Source: Gemmatimonadota bacterium | Lineage (GTDB): Bacteria; Gemmatimonadota; Gemmatimonadetes; Gemmatimonadales; GWC2-71-9 | Assembly (NCBI GenBank): GCA_036679645.1 | Contig: JAZDCY010000037.1 | Span: 1 to 57,786 of the forward strand | Length of the DNA stretch: 57,786 nt | Direction: 5' to 3' | Part shown: piece after piece, positions 57,780 through 57,786 of the stretch | Layout of the letters: each line of letters begins with the position of its first letter | Position numbering within the stretch: position 1 is the stretch's first letter | The notes under the pieces: generated by a model | Databases searched by the model: none | The model's input: the letters and a program-made list of their open reading frames with translations, nothing else | Told to the model about the DNA's origin: nothing | Translations under genes and position numbers: made by a program

Positions 57780-57786
57780 CAAGGCA

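Overview
High-GC bacterial chromosomal window. Gene content (DUF1028, HEAT/HD-GYP pair, Ser/Thr kinase relic, AraC-type HTH) suggests Gemmatimonadota, but this is an inference. About 6.7-49 kb is housekeeping: murA-pgeF, rimP-nusA-L7Ae-infB-DUF503-rbfA-truB-ribF-secD-secF-tatD-fhs-ridA-selC(tRNA-Sec)-lipid kinase, lpxH, a BamA-like protein, LptE, rfaE2-rph-rdgB, pcrA, serS and sugar-nucleotide genes. The left end carries a probable IS256 end that truncates a poly-C frameshifted lipoprotein, a tRNA-Pro with a split 5'-half duplicate, and a 1.2 kb islet encoding a UGA-recoded (UxxC) peroxiredoxin-like selenoprotein. The right end has the two most unusual features. (1) An operon of two paralogous secreted 10-Cys peptides, a TlpA-like thioredoxin, a 6-bladed beta-propeller and a PDZ protein whose Cys-rich tail ends in the same CNGCL motif as the peptides, with a divergent AraC-type gene behind a G15 tract. 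(2) An 84-nt tRNA with a leucine-type body but a valine (GAC) anticodon, sitting between VapC copies in a decaying toxin-antitoxin cluster. All family assignments come from reading motifs by eye; no searches were run.
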